A DNA stretch of 64,000 nt from the NCBI GenBank assembly GCA_043801595.1, contig JAZDLW010000022.1, positions 5,526 through 69,525 of the forward strand, in the 5' to 3' direction. Source of the DNA: Candidatus Aenigmatarchaeota archaeon. GTDB taxonomy: Archaea > Aenigmatarchaeota > Aenigmatarchaeia > JACPZZ01. Below are positions 16,082-24,686 of this stretch, piece by piece (position 1 is the first letter of the stretch; every line of letters starts with the position of its first letter). The notes under the pieces are model-generated. The model did not search any database and was not told where the DNA came from. It was given only the letters and a program-made list of their open reading frames with translations. Made by a program: the position numbers and the translations under genes.

Positions 16082-17944
16082 ATGGTAAACTTTATAAAAA
16101 GATCGAGGCCGACAGGCGAATTCCTGTATGCATTGCCGCCAGACCAGAATGGGACACAATTTGACAGCGTTCCGGGAGACGAATTGCTGGGAATACTGAT
16201 AAATCCAACAGGGCCGCTCGGCTTCATATCGCTCCTTTACATAAAGACAATGATACAGATGCCAAAGTTCGGGTACGGCGTTTACAAGTACAAGGACAAT
16301 TTCGAGATCAATCCGACTTACAGGGAATATTACACGGCAACACTTGCGCAGAAGCAGGATCTTGAAACGAAAATAAAAGCGGGCTTGGAATCCGCGGCCC
16401 GTGCAATAAGCGACTATGAACTTCTGGCGCACGACCTCAGGAAATACCAGTCCTATCTGTATCAGTTTAACAAACTCGAGGAAGGCAGGGAAAAGCTAAA
16501 AGAGGCGAAGACGGAAGAGGACAAGAAAAAATACGCGACACAGATTCTTGAGGCCAATACAACATTGAAAGCAGTTTTCATAGATCAGGTCGATGTGCAC
16601 ACGGGCGAAGGCGTTGCGCTCAAGCTCATAGTGAGCAGGTGGCCGAACATAATTGTGGATTTCATGAAACTCGAGGACGATATGAAAACGTCCGAGGATA
16701 TAGTGAAGAGGCTTGTTCCAAAGATCACTACTGCAGAGGCTGTTGTTCTGGCAACAAAGAATAAACTTTTTGACAGGTGGAAGGAAACGTTCCTGGACGC
16801 GGTCAAGCAGCGATACTTAAACCTGCTGAGCCTGATGAATGCCAGAAAAAAAAGCATCGAACAATACAAGAGATGGCTGCGGCCCTATGTTGTCCAACAT
16901 GAATTGCTGAACGAAACGCAGGAGAAAGCCGGCGAAGGCGGTAAAACGCTTACACACAGGTTAAAAATCGGCGCGCATGCGATGTCGACGCACGATCTCG
17001 GGGTTTTTGCCTGGAAGCCCTTTTCACCGGGCGATGTGTTCCGTGCGACTGTTGAGAGAAAAGAAATAGAAATTTCACTGAAATATCTTGGAAAAAAACC
17101 GGAGGAAGAGGCGGAGGATAAAGCCATACTCGCCAAGTACTTGGGCCAGTATAACATAGGTTATGACAAGATCAAAGGCGGAAAATTCACCATAACGTTC
17201 TGGATAAATCCCTACGATAAAGTCGCGAAAGAGGCGCTGTACTCGACAAATCCGAAGAAAGATTATATAAACAGCAAGTCGTTGATCGAGGAGTATCCGT
17301 GGCTAAAACCGAAGGAGATTGAGGGGCAGGTACTAAAAGTTTTGATGGATTCAGAAATGCAACCGAAGACATACCAGAACACGCTTGTGATGCATCCCGA
17401 TTATATTTATTACATACTCTGGGACCTCACGTTCAACAGGCAGATAATAAGCATACCGCAAGGCACAGTAGATGACGGATTCATATTTATAAAAATCGCG
17501 TTCATAAGCCAGAATGTCCTGTTGACGAAATTGCTCGAGAGGTGGGCGTACGAGCAAAGTTTTGACCGCAATGTCGAGGAGATTTTAGGATTGACGGCAA
17601 TAGAGGAAGTCGAGAAAATCGATGTTGGAACAACCGGCAACATGGAAGAATATGCCAAAAACAGATACAAGTCGGTTTACGCCGAGAAAAAAGGGAAAGA
17701 GGACAAGAAGCCGGTCTCGCTGATGGAATCGATCGTGCACAAAATAAACGAGATGAACAACCGGTTGAGCGTCATTAACATGATGACAGGACCATTCGGT
17801 ATAACGTTCCAATTGTTCAAGAAAGGACCTTATGAAACAAACCTCAAAGACAGGATAACAAGGCAATATTCAAAGGCGTTTGCGGAAACATATCGTGCAG
17901 AGTTTATCGACTGGTTCGAGGACGCGGCAAGAATAGGCGACTGA
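16082..17944 (+). CDS. Large hypothetical protein with central coiled-coil region (620 aa)
   Basis: Long ORF, GGGTGA Shine-Dalgarno-like sequence upstream. Lys/Glu-rich helical segment around residues 90-280. No recognisable catalytic motif. Confidence 0.65.
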   Translation: MVNFIKRSRPTGEFLYALPPDQNGTQFDSVPGDELLGILINPTGPLGFISLLYIKTMIQMPKFGYGVYKYKDNFEINPTYREYYTATLAQKQDLETKIKAGLESAARAISDYELLAHDLRKYQSYLYQFNKLEEGREKLKEAKTEEDKKKYATQILEANTTLKAVFIDQVDVHTGEGVALKLIVSRWPNIIVDFMKLEDDMKTSEDIVKRLVPKITTAEAVVLATKNKLFDRWKETFLDAVKQRYLNLLSLMNARKKSIEQYKRWLRPYVVQHELLNETQEKAGEGGKTLTHRLKIGAHAMSTHDLGVFAWKPFSPGDVFRATVERKEIEISLKYLGKKPEEEAEDKAILAKYLGQYNIGYDKIKGGKFTITFWINPYDKVAKEALYSTNPKKDYINSKSLIEEYPWLKPKEIEGQVLKVLMDSEMQPKTYQNTLVMHPDYIYYILWDLTFNRQIISIPQGTVDDGFIFIKIAFISQNVLLTKLLERWAYEQSFDRNVEEILGLTAIEEVEKIDVGTTGNMEEYAKNRYKSVYAEKKGKEDKKPVSLMESIVHKINEMNNRLSVINMMTGPFGITFQLFKKGPYETNLKDRITRQYSKAFAETYRAEFIDWFEDAARIGD

Positions 17945-17946
17945 TC

Positions 17947-18016
17947 CTTTTCTTTTAACACAGAAAACAACTGTTTTCTGTGCGCGGAAATCAAAGATTT
18001 CCGCTGAAAAGAAAAG
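17947..18016 (-). repeat. Multi-hairpin intergenic element, two-hairpin form, inverted orientation (70 nt)
   Basis: Closing stem CTTTTCTTTT/AAAAGAAAAG. On the minus strand reads GCGGAAATC-ttt-GATTTCCGC-g-CACAGAAAAC-agt-TGTTTTCTGTG. Starts 3 nt after the upstream stop. Confidence 0.8.
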
Positions 18017-18047
18017 CGTCAACGGAAAAGAAAATTTGGGCGGTAAA

Positions 18048-20051
18048 ATGGTTTACACAATAGGCGTTTCCAGCGGCTGGTGGGGCATTGCCAAGACGCC
18101 GGACCTTCTTGGACTGGGATTAAAGGCGATGTCCGCCGCAACTTACGGCGTCACGTTTGTACAACTTGATATCGAATCGCCGTCAGAATTCCGCGAGCCG
18201 TTGCTTCAGCAGCAACTTACGATCGCGCGCGAAGATCTCGGGATAAACTATGGCATACACGGCGAAATAGACATGCGCCTGGAAAATTCTATAAAGGATT
18301 TCTGGGACATTTTTAACGAGAGATTGATCGATCAGATAGAAGGCGCGGTTGAGACGAAAACGGCGTACATGCATTTTCACGCGTCGTCCGAACCTCCGCC
18401 AACATTCGGATCGGCAATGATAGGGACAAGGTTTTACAGGCTGGTCGGGCCTGACGGGGCCACGCTTTACAATGCGTTGAATTATTTTGAGCAGGACAAA
18501 AGCGGAAAATTCTTTTCCAAAAAATATCCGCACCTAACCCATGTGCAAATCGATATTATCAGGAATATCATTCTAGAAAACTACCTTTCCGGAGGCGGAC
18601 CCGAAGCTTCGGACCCGAAACACCGCCAGTTTCTAGACGGATTGAATGAATACGAAACATCGGCAGCTATTATCGCGCTAGGCGATGTGCGGGAAAATAT
18701 ATCAAAGAAAATGGCGGGCATAATGAAGCCCGAACTGGAAAATATGGCGAGGGCGCGAGGAGTGCCGGTTACTGTGCCTACGCGAGATGGGGGAGCCAGA
18801 CAGATTACCATAGCGGAGTACATTGACTGGCTTAACAGTGAAACAAGCGCGGGCAGGAATGACATCAACGGTATTTTAAACGCCTTAACCAGTTATCTGA
18901 ATTTAAGAGGCGCGTCACTCGAAGATTATGTTAAGACGGCGAGAGAAAAAGCACGACGGTCGCTGTACAAATATGTAGAGGATTTTCTTAAAAGCGAGAT
19001 AAAGGAAAAATACGTTCCATTCTTCGGCTTTGATGAGCGACTTGCGTATGAACTCGTTGGCAGGCTATTGCAGGGCTCTCCGCAATGGAAAAAAATATGT
19101 TACACGCCTTATGTGCGGGAGCAATTGAGAATACAATTCATACAGGAAAATACCGGGAAGCAGTTCAATGACGACGCGGACATTACCATTGAAAATCTTT
19201 TAAGGAGCAATGACCGCCGAGTTCAAGCGTTAGTTTCCACGGTCGTAGCGATGGAGTACATCAACGGACATTTCGAATCTCCGATGCAATACAGGGATCC
19301 CAATACAGGGAAGTTCACACTGTTAAAAAGCAAAAACGGCGACCGCGTCAAGGATTATATCAAGGACAATAACATTATCGTAACGTTCGAGACGCCGCAG
19401 GTAGAACCTAAACAGGAAGGACTGTTGCGTATAGTGCGCTCGGAACACATTTACCAGCTTGTGAAAAAAATACGGGCGTACAGGGGCGATGAAGATTATC
19501 TTTCAAAGAACGTTTTTATTTCGCTTGACTTCGAGCACATACTCACGCACAACCTTAGCATAGACCTTGAGATCGATGATTTACCGCTGGACGGCGGAGC
19601 TTATTGCAAAGTCATCCATGTTGGACAACCTAAACCAATACATCCTGCGCACGCGCCGCTGATTGTCGGGTCCGAAGCGCAGGAACTTATCTATAGATAT
19701 CTTTTCAAGCTTCGCAAAAAGGGATTCAAGGACGGCTGGATAATTTTTGAGCGCGGCGGCGGGCAGAGCCCGCTCGAATGGATGCGGTCGAGCGTTCATG
19801 CCATGAGGTTAATAGTCGAATATCTTGAAAAAGAAATGGACCCTGACAAACTTCCGCCGGAATTTTACGGCATATCACCGGATTCCGAGTTTTCGGAACA
19901 GAGACAGGCCGCAATAATACAGGAACATTTCTTTGCGCCGTTAAACGGCACACTGGCAGTTCCTGATGAAGAACATACTTTCCTGGGACGAGTTGCGACG
20001 GAAAGGCCGGGCATTGCGCCTGAAAAATGGAAGAAGGAAGAATTGAGGTAG
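18048..20051 (+). CDS. Xylose-isomerase/endonuclease IV-like TIM-barrel protein with a large insertion (about 667 aa)
   Basis: Ordered candidate metal-ligand blocks YGIHGE, MHFHAS, VTFETPQ, LDFEH (D-x-x-H), IHVGQ, HPAH, IFERGG. Start taken at ATG 18048 (track: TTG 18036). Confidence 0.6.
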   Translation: MVYTIGVSSGWWGIAKTPDLLGLGLKAMSAATYGVTFVQLDIESPSEFREPLLQQQLTIAREDLGINYGIHGEIDMRLENSIKDFWDIFNERLIDQIEGAVETKTAYMHFHASSEPPPTFGSAMIGTRFYRLVGPDGATLYNALNYFEQDKSGKFFSKKYPHLTHVQIDIIRNIILENYLSGGGPEASDPKHRQFLDGLNEYETSAAIIALGDVRENISKKMAGIMKPELENMARARGVPVTVPTRDGGARQITIAEYIDWLNSETSAGRNDINGILNALTSYLNLRGASLEDYVKTAREKARRSLYKYVEDFLKSEIKEKYVPFFGFDERLAYELVGRLLQGSPQWKKICYTPYVREQLRIQFIQENTGKQFNDDADITIENLLRSNDRRVQALVSTVVAMEYINGHFESPMQYRDPNTGKFTLLKSKNGDRVKDYIKDNNIIVTFETPQVEPKQEGLLRIVRSEHIYQLVKKIRAYRGDEDYLSKNVFISLDFEHILTHNLSIDLEIDDLPLDGGAYCKVIHVGQPKPIHPAHAPLIVGSEAQELIYRYLFKLRKKGFKDGWIIFERGGGQSPLEWMRSSVHAMRLIVEYLEKEMDPDKLPPEFYGISPDSEFSEQRQAAIIQEHFFAPLNGTLAVPDEEHTFLGRVATERPGIAPEKWKKEELR

Positions 20052-20053
20052 GC

Positions 20054-20061
20054 TTTATATA
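20054..20061 (+). promoter_or_regulatory. TATA box candidate (CTTTATATA context) directly after the stop of 18048-20051
   Basis: Same string as at 36065-36073. If active, the transcript would carry element 20107-20178 as a leader of the NTase operon. Confidence 0.35.
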
Positions 20062-20106
20062 GCTATTTCTCTTAGAGAACGCAGAAGCCATTATAATGTT
20101 TGACAA

Positions 20107-20178
20107 TAAACTTCTTAAAACAACGGAAACCGTGGGTTTCCGTGCACAGGAAACGTGACGTTTCCTGTGAGAAGTTTA
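20107..20178 (+). repeat. Multi-hairpin intergenic element, two-hairpin form (72 nt, the cleanest copy)
   Basis: Closing stem TAAACTTCT/AGAAGTTTA (9 bp). ACGGAAACC-gtg-GGTTTCCGT (9 bp). CACAGGAAACG-tga-CGTTTCCTGTG (11 bp). All stems are perfect. Confidence 0.9.
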
Positions 20179-20223
20179 ATCAAGAAACAAGGATAATTAA
20201 TATTTTGGAAGAGTGCTGCAATT

Positions 20224-21018
20224 ATGGAAACAAATAAATCCGGAGAAAAAAAAGATTATGAGCCGAAGGCTCGCGTTTCGAAGGCAATGAAGTTCTCCAA
20301 GATCATACGCGAACAGTTTCCCGACTTTGTAAAAGGCGTTCTTTTGTTCGGGTCGGCTGCCAAAGGCGTGAAAAAAGCGGGTGATGTCGATGTTCTCATA
20401 ATACTCGACGATACCGATCCCAAGATATTTCCCGAACAAATTGACAAGGTTGACGAAAACATACGACTGATCGCGGACAGTATTGGGGACCTTCATCCGC
20501 AGGTTCACACGATCACGGATTTCTGGGACTGGATACGGCACGGAGACCCGATACTATTCAACTTTTTACGGTACGGATATCCGATATTCGATGCAGGCTT
20601 CCTAAAACCGACACAGCGCCTGTTGGAAGCGGGAAGGATAACGCCGTCGCAGGAGGCCATACGGCTCTACTCAAAAATCGCGCCTAAAAATCTTGAGAAG
20701 GCGGAGAGCTACATACGCGCAGCAGTGATAAGATATTACGATGCGATGACAGCCGCTGCGCAGGCGGTTTCGATGCTCGCTTTTAAACACCAACCCGAGC
20801 CACGCGAGATACCTTCGGTGCTGGACAGGCTTGTAAAGGAAGGAAAGCTCGACAAGAAATTCGTGGACTATTATATTTCCGTTTTCAAACTGTGGAAGCA
20901 GATAGATCACAAGGAGATAACGGACATACCCGGCAATGTTATCGAGAAGCAGAGAAAAGAGACGAATGAGTTTGTAGATATGATGAAGACGTTCCTTAAG
21001 GGCTATGCGGAAGAGTGA
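20224..21018 (+). CDS. Pol-beta-superfamily nucleotidyltransferase fused to a helical HEPN-like domain (short form)
   Basis: NTase motif LLFGSAAKGVKKAGDVDVLIILDD. Conserved middle block NFLRYGYPIFDAGFLKPTQRLLEAGRITPSQEA. C-terminal helical module with KQIDHKEITDI. Confidence 0.75.
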   Translation: METNKSGEKKDYEPKARVSKAMKFSKIIREQFPDFVKGVLLFGSAAKGVKKAGDVDVLIILDDTDPKIFPEQIDKVDENIRLIADSIGDLHPQVHTITDFWDWIRHGDPILFNFLRYGYPIFDAGFLKPTQRLLEAGRITPSQEAIRLYSKIAPKNLEKAESYIRAAVIRYYDAMTAAAQAVSMLAFKHQPEPREIPSVLDRLVKEGKLDKKFVDYYISVFKLWKQIDHKEITDIPGNVIEKQRKETNEFVDMMKTFLKGYAEE

Positions 21019-22144
21019 CATGAAAATTAAAAGCGTGCCAAAACGAAAATCGATCAAAGACATAGCGCGAAAGCGAAGAGCGGACATGGTTAAGGCCCTT
21101 ACGCAGAAGATACTCAACAAATTCGGAAAATACGTGAAGTGCGTTGTCCTTGTCGGATCCGTAGCGCGCGACGAATTCAAGAGTAATTCCGATATAGACA
21201 TGTTTATCGTTATCGACGACACGAAAGTCAATTTCACGCCCGAGGAAAAAAGAAGGATAGACGTCGAGATCGACCTGGCGGCCCAAGAGATCAACAAAGA
21301 TATCATTGTGCAACCTGCTTATACGCTGACTGAATTCTGGGACATGGTACGAACATCGCACCCGCTGATATACAATTTTATCAGGGACGGTATTCCAGTT
21401 TACGACACGGGTTTTTTCATGCCCATAAAACGCCTGCTTGAAATGGGTCGCATACCTGCGACCAAAGAAGCCGCGGACGCGCTTTTGGACAAGGCGCCGA
21501 AGCGATTGCGCAGGATATCCGAGGTAAAATTGTACATGGTCGCGGAAGACTGCTACTATGCAATGGTTGATATAACCCAGGCCGTTTTAATGTCGCTGGG
21601 TTTTGCGCCCCCTTCACCGGGAAAAGCGGCCGATGAATTCCGAAGACACCTCGTAGACACGAAAATAGTCGAAGGAAAATACGCGGATTGGCTGGATGCG
21701 ATAAACGAGTTCCGCAAGGATGTGGAGCATAAAAAAATAAACGAGATAACTGGATCCGAACTAGACGAGTGGATGAAAAAAGCCAACGAATTCGTTGAAA
21801 AGATGCTGCAGGTTTCCGGAGGATTGGAGTTAAAGAAAAAGGAAAGGATAGTCGAGAAAAGCTATGACGTGATGACAAAGGCGATTGTTGCCGCGTTAAA
21901 ATCGGTAAATAAGCTGCCAAACGAGCAGGCTGAAATTCCGAGCGCTTTCAAGAAATACCTGGTGGACGAGGGGCTTGTCGAAAAGCATTATATCGATATA
22001 TTCAACCGCCTTGAAGAGATGAGAAACAAAGTGCACGACGGAAGGATAACGGAGATACCGGACAAGGACATATATTCGCACAGGGAATATGTCAGGAAGT
22101 TTATCCATCACATCGGCAAGATAGTAAAGGAAGACGAACAATAA
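21005..22144 (+). CDS. Nucleotidyltransferase fused to two HEPN-like modules (long form)
   Basis: VLVGSVARDEFKSNSDIDMFIVIDD. Duplicated C-terminal module with FRKDVEHKKINEI (R-x4-H) and MRNKVHDGRITEI. Alternative start at ATG 21020, just after the upstream stop. Confidence 0.75.
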   Translation: MRKSDMKIKSVPKRKSIKDIARKRRADMVKALTQKILNKFGKYVKCVVLVGSVARDEFKSNSDIDMFIVIDDTKVNFTPEEKRRIDVEIDLAAQEINKDIIVQPAYTLTEFWDMVRTSHPLIYNFIRDGIPVYDTGFFMPIKRLLEMGRIPATKEAADALLDKAPKRLRRISEVKLYMVAEDCYYAMVDITQAVLMSLGFAPPSPGKAADEFRRHLVDTKIVEGKYADWLDAINEFRKDVEHKKINEITGSELDEWMKKANEFVEKMLQVSGGLELKKKERIVEKSYDVMTKAIVAALKSVNKLPNEQAEIPSAFKKYLVDEGLVEKHYIDIFNRLEEMRNKVHDGRITEIPDKDIYSHREYVRKFIHHIGKIVKEDEQ

Positions 22145-22163
22145 ATTTCCGGATTTTATTTTT

Positions 22164-22721
22164 ATGAGCCAGAACATTGTAGCGAAAACCAGGGAATTCG
22201 TAAAGAATGCGTTTGTAGATAATCCGAGCTACAGCTTTGGTGACTGGTCCGTGATGTACGAACACAGCATACTTGTGCAGCAAATCGCGCTATTGATTTC
22301 TTCCACTGTTAATGCTGACAAATTCGTAATTTCCGTCGCAAGCCTTCTTCACGACATAGGAAAGACGCACGACGCCGACGAAAAAACGCTGCACGCGGAA
22401 CATGAAAAATTTAATCTGGCTATGTGCGAAAAATTCCTCGACGGACTTGATATGAGCGAAGGTAATAGAATCAAAATAAAGCGCATAATTTCTTTTGAAG
22501 AAGTTTCGGTTGAAACAAAGATAATCAAGGACGCAGATGCGCTTGCGTTTTACGCCGATAAAAGACTGCACACGCTTTTTTTAGAATGGGCAACCAAGAA
22601 CGGCTACGACGCGGATATAGAAAAGAAACTGGACAAATTCTCTAAATTGAATTTCGACATAAGCAAAACCACGGGAAAAGCGTGGTTCGAACAGATTAAG
22701 CGTGACTGGAAGAGAGCATGA
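22164..22721 (+). CDS. HD-domain metal-dependent phosphohydrolase
   Basis: SLLHDIGK, HAEHE and KDADALAF motifs. 185 aa. Confidence 0.8.
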   Translation: MSQNIVAKTREFVKNAFVDNPSYSFGDWSVMYEHSILVQQIALLISSTVNADKFVISVASLLHDIGKTHDADEKTLHAEHEKFNLAMCEKFLDGLDMSEGNRIKIKRIISFEEVSVETKIIKDADALAFYADKRLHTLFLEWATKNGYDADIEKKLDKFSKLNFDISKTTGKAWFEQIKRDWKRA

Positions 22722-23806
22722 AGACGATAAAGGAAGGATTAGTCATGCTGCACATACCCGACAGCGCAAATGACGTTTTTTATAATCCGGAGATGGAGAT
22801 GTCGCGAGACATATCGGTGGCGTTTTTGCAAAGCATCGAAGATAAAAAAATGTCCGTTTGCGACCTGTTGTCCGCAACCGGCGCAAGGGCTGTGCGGTAT
22901 GCGAAAGAAGTCGATTCTGTTGAAAGGGTGTTAGCAAACGACGGCAACGAGGTCGCGGAAAAATATATTTCCGAGAACGCCTCGATTAACAATGTCGGCA
23001 AAAAGGTTTTTGCATCGTGCAGCGGCGCAAACACTTTTCTCGCGTCCCACAAAAACGAATTCGATTTCATCGACATAGACCCGTTCGGTTCTCCAGTCTA
23101 TTATCTCGAAGAATTTTCGCGAACTGTCAAGCCGAACTCGTACGCGGCGATAACCGCGACAGACTGCGGCGCGCTTTCCGGCGTTTTCGCTGATACATGC
23201 TTTCGTCGTTATGGCGTCAAACTTGGAAGAACAGAATGCTTCAAGGAAGTCGGAATCAGAAATTTACTGGGCGTAGTAGCGTCGTCACTGGCGTCGCGAG
23301 GGTTTTCCATAAAACCCCTGTTGTCGCATGTTACGCTGCATTATTTCAGGATCATACTGGAAATAAACGGTGGTATACGGAATGAAACGAAACGATTTTA
23401 CCACTGCGATAAATGCGGATACTGTACATTTGAAAAAGCGGATAAATGCGGGCACAAACCCGATGAACTGGGTCCGATATGGGCAGGAAAACTTCACGAC
23501 AAAAGCGCGTGTTTCAGGATATTGGATAAACTTAACAGCGGAACATTCGGCAGGAAAACGGACGCGAAAAGAGTTTTGCTGTCAATAATCGAGGAGGCGG
23601 ACTATCCGTTTTATTACGACGTGCACGATATGTCGGAACGGTTTTCAACCGATACGCCGTCAATGGACGGCATAATGCGCAAATTAAGATCGCGCGGTTT
23701 CACAGTCACACGCACGCACTTTTCGGACAGCGCGATAAAAACGAATGCAAATATATCGGATGTCAACGGTTTATTCGGAACGGGAGTAGACAACAAACAC
23801 GGATGA
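22718..23806 (+). CDS. trm1: tRNA (guanine26-N2)-dimethyltransferase
   Basis: VFYNPEMEMSRDISV, DLLSATGARAVRYAKE, IDIDPFGSP. Cys cluster CDKCGY...CGH. ATGA overlap with the HD gene. Confidence 0.85.
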   Translation: MKTIKEGLVMLHIPDSANDVFYNPEMEMSRDISVAFLQSIEDKKMSVCDLLSATGARAVRYAKEVDSVERVLANDGNEVAEKYISENASINNVGKKVFASCSGANTFLASHKNEFDFIDIDPFGSPVYYLEEFSRTVKPNSYAAITATDCGALSGVFADTCFRRYGVKLGRTECFKEVGIRNLLGVVASSLASRGFSIKPLLSHVTLHYFRIILEINGGIRNETKRFYHCDKCGYCTFEKADKCGHKPDELGPIWAGKLHDKSACFRILDKLNSGTFGRKTDAKRVLLSIIEEADYPFYYDVHDMSERFSTDTPSMDGIMRKLRSRGFTVTRTHFSDSAIKTNANISDVNGLFGTGVDNKHG

Positions 23807-24328
23807 CAAAAGCACGATTAAAAACCAGAGGGCGCCGAACGAAGGGACGTTTGACGTGTTAACGCTGGATTTTATGCGGAATGAAAAGTTGTCCTTGTTG
23901 TCAAGGATGTTGACAGCCATTATGTCGAAGTCTATTTCGCTGTTTTTCGACACGAGACCAGTCAGCGTAATCGCAGCCGATGCGGCATTGCCGTGCGGTA
24001 CCAAAACGGTCGGCGCAGACGCCACCATGGACACCTCTGCGGTGAAATTCGGATAATATTTTATGGCGTACGTTTTGTCTACAAGTCCGTTGTTCGCTAT
24101 CCTCGCATTTACGACAGTGCTACCATCCAGAGGCACGAGAACGTTTGCAATATTTACAGCGTCTATGAAACAGACGTTTGTACAAAAATTTTCCGTGTCT
24201 GCGTAAACTCCTCCAGCCATTAAGCGCGATATCAGGCCGTTTTGCCATGCATAGGCCGCTCCGACTAGGACAACAGCACCCAGCGTAAGCATTATGATCG
24301 ATATTACGTTTGTAACTCCCTTTGTCAT
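23771..24328 (-). CDS. Archaeal pilin-N-type surface protein with PGF-CTERM-like C-terminal anchor
   Basis: N-terminus MTKGVTNVISIIMLTLGAVVLV resembles a class III signal / Pilin_N. C-terminus VPSFGALWFLIVLLSSVFVVYSRSE resembles a PGF-CTERM sorting signal. Confidence 0.6.
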   Translation of the reverse strand: MTKGVTNVISIIMLTLGAVVLVGAAYAWQNGLISRLMAGGVYADTENFCTNVCFIDAVNIANVLVPLDGSTVVNARIANNGLVDKTYAIKYYPNFTAEVSMVASAPTVLVPHGNAASAAITLTGLVSKNSEIDFDIMAVNILDNKDNFSFRIKSSVNTSNVPSFGALWFLIVLLSSVFVVYSRSE

Positions 24329-24365
24329 CGCAGCGCCCTTGAAGAAATCAAAACATAGGAAACCG

Positions 24366-24390
24366 AATAAAAAAAATAAAAACCGGCCGG
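24366..24390 (-). terminator. Oligo-T terminator candidate downstream of 24393-24599
   Basis: On the minus strand the stop codon is followed by the palindrome CCGGCCGG and then TTTTTATTTTTTTTATT, typical of archaeal intrinsic termination. Confidence 0.45.
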
Positions 24391-24392
24391 CT

Positions 24393-24599
24393 CTATCGTG
24401 AGCCGAGCCTTCTGCCTTTAACGAATTTCCACAGCTTCTTTGTCATCTCGCTGGGAGCTATCGGGTTGCGCCCAAACACCTGTTCAAGTGTTTCTTTGCG
24501 TCCGTTGAAGTTTATTGAATATCCGCCAAAAGGTTTTTTACCTCTGGTTTTTTTCGCAGGCTTCTTTGCAGCCTTGGTTTTTTTGAAAATCCCAAACAT
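24393..24599 (-). CDS. Small basic protein with SWIB/MDM2-like N-terminal half
   Basis: 68 aa. Lys-rich tail KKTKAAKKPAKKTRGKK, then LEQVFGRNPIAPSEMTKKLWKFVK. This resembles the first helices of SWIB domains (..VG..PMPRTEIIKKMWDYIK). The match is by eye only. Confidence 0.45.
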   Translation of the reverse strand: MFGIFKKTKAAKKPAKKTRGKKPFGGYSINFNGRKETLEQVFGRNPIAPSEMTKKLWKFVKGRRLGSR

Positions 24600-24686
24600 T
24601 TGTTTTCCTCCCTATGTTTTACGCCGACCTTGAGCCGACTAATTAATAACGGTTTTCAGAGAATATAAATCAACGGCGAATCAAAC

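Noticed and set aside
20671-21361. Minus-strand ORFs of 211 and 121 aa across the NTase gene junction
   Set aside because: Antisense to two genes with clear nucleotidyltransferase motifs.
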